Positions 26,319-31,174 of a DNA stretch of 31,174 nt are shown here, one piece after another (positions within the stretch are counted from its first letter, which is position 1; each line of letters starts with the position of its first letter). A model generated the notes under the pieces. That model saw only the letters and a program-made list of their open reading frames with translations. It had not been told where the DNA came from and ran no database searches. Source of the DNA: Actinomycetota bacterium (GTDB lineage Bacteria; Actinomycetota; CADDZG01; WHSQ01); contig JBKJZQ010000129.1 in assembly GCA_046715095.1 (NCBI GenBank), forward strand, positions 1 to 31,174, given 5' to 3'. Position numbers and translations under genes: made by a program.

Positions 26319-27220
26319 GTCGTATCCGGATCGAGCCCGGCGTCTTCTTCGTTCTGGCCGGAGCGATGCTCTGGGGGACGACCGGGACCACGCAGGCCCT
26401 CGCCCCGGATGGAGCGACCCCGCTCGGCGTCGGCTCCGTCCGGGTCGTGATCGGCGGGGTCGCCCTCGTCGCTATCGCCAGAGCCCGAGGTCTGTTCCGT
26501 GGCGGCAAGAGGTGGGCACCGCTGCCGACCGCCGTGATGGCACTGAGCGTCGCGTCGTCGCAGCTGGCTTTCTTCGCCTCGGTCGAGAAGACCGGTGTCG
26601 CGATCGGAACGATCGTCACGATAGGCAGTTCACCGGTGGCTGCCGGTATCTTCGGACTCGTCTTCGCTGGAGAGCGCCCGTCGCGCGCGTGGTTCGTGGC
26701 AACAACTCTCGCGGTGGTCGGATGCTCGATGCTCATCGCTTCGGGAGGCGACGTCGCGGTCGATCCTGCGGGGATCGTCCTGGCCTTGCTGGCCGGCGCC
26801 GGTTACGCGGCCTACACCGTCTCGAGCAAGCGACTCCTGGCCGATCATCGATCGGGCGCGGTCATCGCCGTTGCCTTCGGACTGGCGGCGATCCCCCTCG
26901 GATGTGTGCTCGTGACCCAGGATCTTGCGTGGGTAGCGGCACCTTCGGGGATCCTCGCCGTTTCGCACCTCGGTTTCGTGACCGTGGCGCTGGCCTACAC
27001 GCTGTTCGCTCGCGGGCTCGCCACCGTGCCCTCGGGGACGGCCGTGACCCTGACGCTTGCCGAACCCCTGACGGCCGCGATCCTCGGCGTCCTCGTCCTC
27101 GAAGAGCGCCTGACGGCGACCTCGGTGGCCGGGAGCATGCTGCTCCTGGTCGGCCTCGTGATCCTGACGCTCGGTTCCAGGCCAAGCAAGCAGGAGCTGG
27201 CTGCGTCGCTCGAGGCTTGA
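26315..27220 (+). CDS. EamA/DMT family transporter
   Basis: About 10 TM helices in two repeats; LWGTTG and EPLTAAILG motifs; GTGA overlap with nth. Confidence 0.9.
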   Translation: MSRIRIEPGVFFVLAGAMLWGTTGTTQALAPDGATPLGVGSVRVVIGGVALVAIARARGLFRGGKRWAPLPTAVMALSVASSQLAFFASVEKTGVAIGTIVTIGSSPVAAGIFGLVFAGERPSRAWFVATTLAVVGCSMLIASGGDVAVDPAGIVLALLAGAGYAAYTVSSKRLLADHRSGAVIAVAFGLAAIPLGCVLVTQDLAWVAAPSGILAVSHLGFVTVALAYTLFARGLATVPSGTAVTLTLAEPLTAAILGVLVLEERLTATSVAGSMLLLVGLVILTLGSRPSKQELAASLEA

Positions 27221-27297
27221 GGTCGAGGATCGAGGTCGAAGCGGGGCCCGCGGCTAGGCTCTAAGGATTCAGCTACAGCCTTGAAGAGGAGACGCAG

Positions 27298-28695
<1,398 letters not shown>

Positions 28696-28728
28696 AGCTA
28701 ACGGTGGCATCACCACTAACATGAGGCC

Positions 28729-29730
28729 ATGAGCAGCCTCACCCAAGGCCCGGGGAAGGATGGAAGCCCGGCGAAGCAGGAAAAGAAGGTCATCCTCGCC
28801 GCCCCCCGTGGGTACTGCGCCGGCGTCGACCGGGCGGTGAAGATCGTCGAGCGGGCCCTCGACACCCTGGGGGCTCCGGTCTACGTGCGGAAAGAGATCG
28901 TTCACAACCGCCACGTCGTGACCGAGCTCGAGAAGCGCGGAGCGGTGTTCGTCGAGTCTGAGGAGGAGATTCCCGAGGGTGCCGTATGCATCTTTTCGGC
29001 CCACGGGGTCTCGCCCGAAGTCCGTAACAACTCCGAGAAACGTGGCCTCCAGGTCATCGACGCCACCTGCCCACTCGTGACCAAGGTGCACCTCGAGGCC
29101 AAACGGTTCGCTCGTAACGGCCGCAAGATCGTCCTCGTCGGCCACGTCGGGCACGAGGAGATCGAGGGGACGGCGGGGGAGGCTCCGGAGAACACCGTCG
29201 TCATCGAGAACGTCGACCAGATCGATGCCCTCGGTCTGGCCGTCGATGAACCGATCTCCTATCTGACGCAGACCACGCTGTCCGTGGACGACACCCTGGA
29301 TGTGGTCGAGGCCCTGCGGGGACGGTTCGACGACATCAAGGGGCCCCGCAACGACGACATCTGCTACGCGACGCAGAACCGGCAAGTTGCCGTCAAGGCG
29401 ATCGCACCCGAGGCGGATGTCGTGCTGGTCGTGGGGGCGGTCAACTCGAGCAACTCGAACCGCCTGGTCGAGGTTTCCAAAGTCGCCGGAACACCGGCCT
29501 ACCTCGTGCCCGACGAGACGCATCTCGATCCGTCATGGCTCGACGGCGCCAGCACGGTGGGGGTGAGCTCCGGCGCGAGCGCCCCCGAGGTCCTCGTCGA
29601 TCGGTTGCTGGAGCGTCTCGCCGAACTTGGCTTCAACGACGTTGAGACGAAAGAGGTCACGACAGAAGACGTGACGTTCTCGTTGCCGCCGTGGCTGAGG
29701 GAAGAGTCAACCGTCCCCGAACCGAGCTAA
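28729..29730 (+). CDS. ispH: 4-hydroxy-3-methylbut-2-enyl diphosphate reductase
   Basis: PRGYCAGVDRA, EIVHN, FSAHGV, DATCPLV, TQTTLS and DICYATQNRQ motifs; TAACAT 6 nt before the ATG (probably leaderless). Confidence 0.96.
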   Translation: MSSLTQGPGKDGSPAKQEKKVILAAPRGYCAGVDRAVKIVERALDTLGAPVYVRKEIVHNRHVVTELEKRGAVFVESEEEIPEGAVCIFSAHGVSPEVRNNSEKRGLQVIDATCPLVTKVHLEAKRFARNGRKIVLVGHVGHEEIEGTAGEAPENTVVIENVDQIDALGLAVDEPISYLTQTTLSVDDTLDVVEALRGRFDDIKGPRNDDICYATQNRQVAVKAIAPEADVVLVVGAVNSSNSNRLVEVSKVAGTPAYLVPDETHLDPSWLDGASTVGVSSGASAPEVLVDRLLERLAELGFNDVETKEVTTEDVTFSLPPWLREESTVPEPS

Positions 29731-29737
29731 CGCGCCA

Positions 29738-30022
29738 CTATTCGATCGTCTGCTCGATGTCGTTGGCGAGGTCGAAATCCCACGGCGTGAGCCCGCCCTC
29801 GGAATGCGTCGAGAGGGCCAGACGCACCTTGTTCCACCGGATATCGATATCTGGATGGTGGTCGTAGCGCTCGGCCAGGCGAGCCACCTCGTTGACGAAA
29901 TCGATCGCACCCTTGAAGTCGTCGAACTCGAAGACCTTGTGGATCTCCTCGCCCTCGCGCTCCCAGTCGCCTAGTTCGCCTAGGCGCTGTTCGATCTCTT
30001 CGTCGTCCAGCAGGTCCGCCAC
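29738..30022 (-). CDS. phhB: pterin-4-alpha-carbinolamine dehydratase
   Basis: F.FDDFKGAIDFVNEVA, HHPDI and THSEGGLT..D motifs. Confidence 0.92.
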   Translation of the reverse strand: MADLLDDEEIEQRLGELGDWEREGEEIHKVFEFDDFKGAIDFVNEVARLAERYDHHPDIDIRWNKVRLALSTHSEGGLTPWDFDLANDIEQTIE

Positions 30023-30174
30023 GTAGAGCCCCTCTCAGAAGTTCTTTAGGTTGCTCGGATCACTTGTTTGGTCCGGATCGGACGCTTCGGCGCAAGATAT
30101 CGCGCCGGAGCCACTTGGCAAGCCGCCCCCGTTATAGTCCCCGGGAGTTGGCCCGGCAACCGCAGGAGAGGAAG

Positions 30175-31174
30175 ATGGAGTACGGGATCGGCATCGGGGG
30201 CCCCCTGACGATGGTCGGCCCCATGGCCAAGATGGTCGAGGACGCCGGTTTCGAATCCTGCTGGGCGGCCGAGACCACGAATACGGCCTTCGTCGCCGCG
30301 GCTGCCGCGATCTCGGCGACCGACCGCATCACGGTCGGAACGGCCATCGCCCTTGCCTTCCCCCGGTCCCCTACGATCACCGCGATGACCGCCTGGGACC
30401 TGGACGAGCTGTCCGGCGGGCGGTTCATCTGCGGGCTGGGATCCCAGGTGAAGCGCGTCAACGAGAACCGGTTCTCGGTCCCGTTCGAACATCCCGCCCC
30501 CAAGCTGAAGGAGTACGCCCAGGTCATGCGGACCGTCTGGGCGGCGAACCGAGGCGATGACGTGGTCCACGAGGGCCGCTTCTACAACGTGACCATGCCC
30601 TCGTTCCACGGGCATCCTCAGCCGGATCGTCGCGACGTTCCGATCTACCTAGCGGCCGTGGGTCCCGTGATGTCCCGGGTCTGTGGCGCGGTCGCGGACG
30701 GACTGATCGGGCACCCGATCGCCTCGCCGAAGTACCTGCGTGAGGTGGTTCGTCCGGCGATCGAGGAGGGCGCTGCGGATGCCGGTCGGAAGCCCGAGGA
30801 GTGCAACCTCACCGCATCGCCGATGATCTCGATCTCGGATGACGTCGACCTCGCCCGCCGGGAGGTGAAGCTCCAGATCGCCTTCTATGCCACCACCCGC
30901 ACCTACAAACAGATCCTCGAGCTTCACGGACGAGGGCACATCATCGGGGATCTCCGTGAGGCGTTCGCGGCGAAGGACAAGGAACGGATGACTTCGTTGA
31001 TCGACGATGAGTTGTGCGACGCGATAGCGATCGCCGGTCGGGTCGAGGACGTCAAAGATCGTGTCCGGGATTGGGAGGGTGCCTGTGACCGAGCGATGGT
31101 GTCCGGCCCCTGGTACGGCCCGAGCCCTCGACGGATAATGGAGAACTACCAGGCCCTCGTCGAAGTATTTGGTA
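30175..31174 (+). CDS. LLM-class F420-dependent oxidoreductase (MSMEG_2256-like); runs off the window end, so absent from the ORF track
   Basis: ATG30175 after AGGAGAGGAAG; translates MEYGIGIGG...GTAIALAFPRSP...WDLDELSGGRFICGLGSQVK; open to the last base. Confidence 0.9.
   Translation, partial: MEYGIGIGGPLTMVGPMAKMVEDAGFESCWAAETTNTAFVAAAAAISATDRITVGTAIALAFPRSPTITAMTAWDLDELSGGRFICGLGSQVKRVNENRFSVPFEHPAPKLKEYAQVMRTVWAANRGDDVVHEGRFYNVTMPSFHGHPQPDRRDVPIYLAAVGPVMSRVCGAVADGLIGHPIASPKYLREVVRPAIEEGAADAGRKPEECNLTASPMISISDDVDLARREVKLQIAFYATTRTYKQILELHGRGHIIGDLREAFAAKDKERMTSLIDDELCDAIAIAGRVEDVKDRVRDWEGACDRAMVSGPWYGPSPRRIMENYQALVEVFG

Noticed and set aside
30115-30138. TTGGCA/TATAGT promoter pair before the LLM gene
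   Set aside because: The 12-nt spacer is too short; only the -10 is plausible.

Overview
High-GC, gene-dense chromosomal window, probably from a deep-branching member of Actinomycetota. This is an inference from the F420-family enzymes, the ilvBNC order with an actinobacterial-style attenuator, the leaderless-gene signatures, and Firmicute/archaeal-type LeuA/LeuC/LeuD. No transposase, phage, tRNA/rRNA or CRISPR features were seen. Contents in order: (1) an unexplained structured non-coding region (~147-312); (2) a sigmaA-like promoter, a Leu/Val/Ile leader peptide and a terminator heading a ~9.3 kb, 10-gene operon: unknown 92-aa ORF, ilvB, ilvN, ilvC, leuA, leuC, leuD, leuB, a stand-alone CimA-type regulatory domain and pheA; (3) a divergent cell-envelope module: an M4 metalloprotease lipoprotein opposite a zinc-ribbon PrsW-like protein lacking its catalytic His residues and a Pro-rich anchored protein, with twin palindromes on the two -35 boxes; (4) aldehyde dehydrogenase, acyP, a Cys-free IscA-like protein, a PPOX F420 enzyme, and a GAF-GGDEF-3xGAF-HD-GYP protein behind a sigma28-like promoter; (5) a TetR-paaABCD-dehydratase operon on the minus strand; (6) nth, EamA, fumC, ispH, phhB and a 3'-truncated LLM F420 oxidoreductase. 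The strongest unexplained signal is a dispersed 56/57-nt element, present once between ilvB and ilvN and twice in tandem between paaB and paaC. It sits at ATGA stop/start overlaps and encodes a 19-codon bridge ORF, which is MIRU-like architecture. A separate 30-nt palindromic repeat is expanded in frame inside the dehydratase gene. Functional calls come from motif recognition only; no database search was run.
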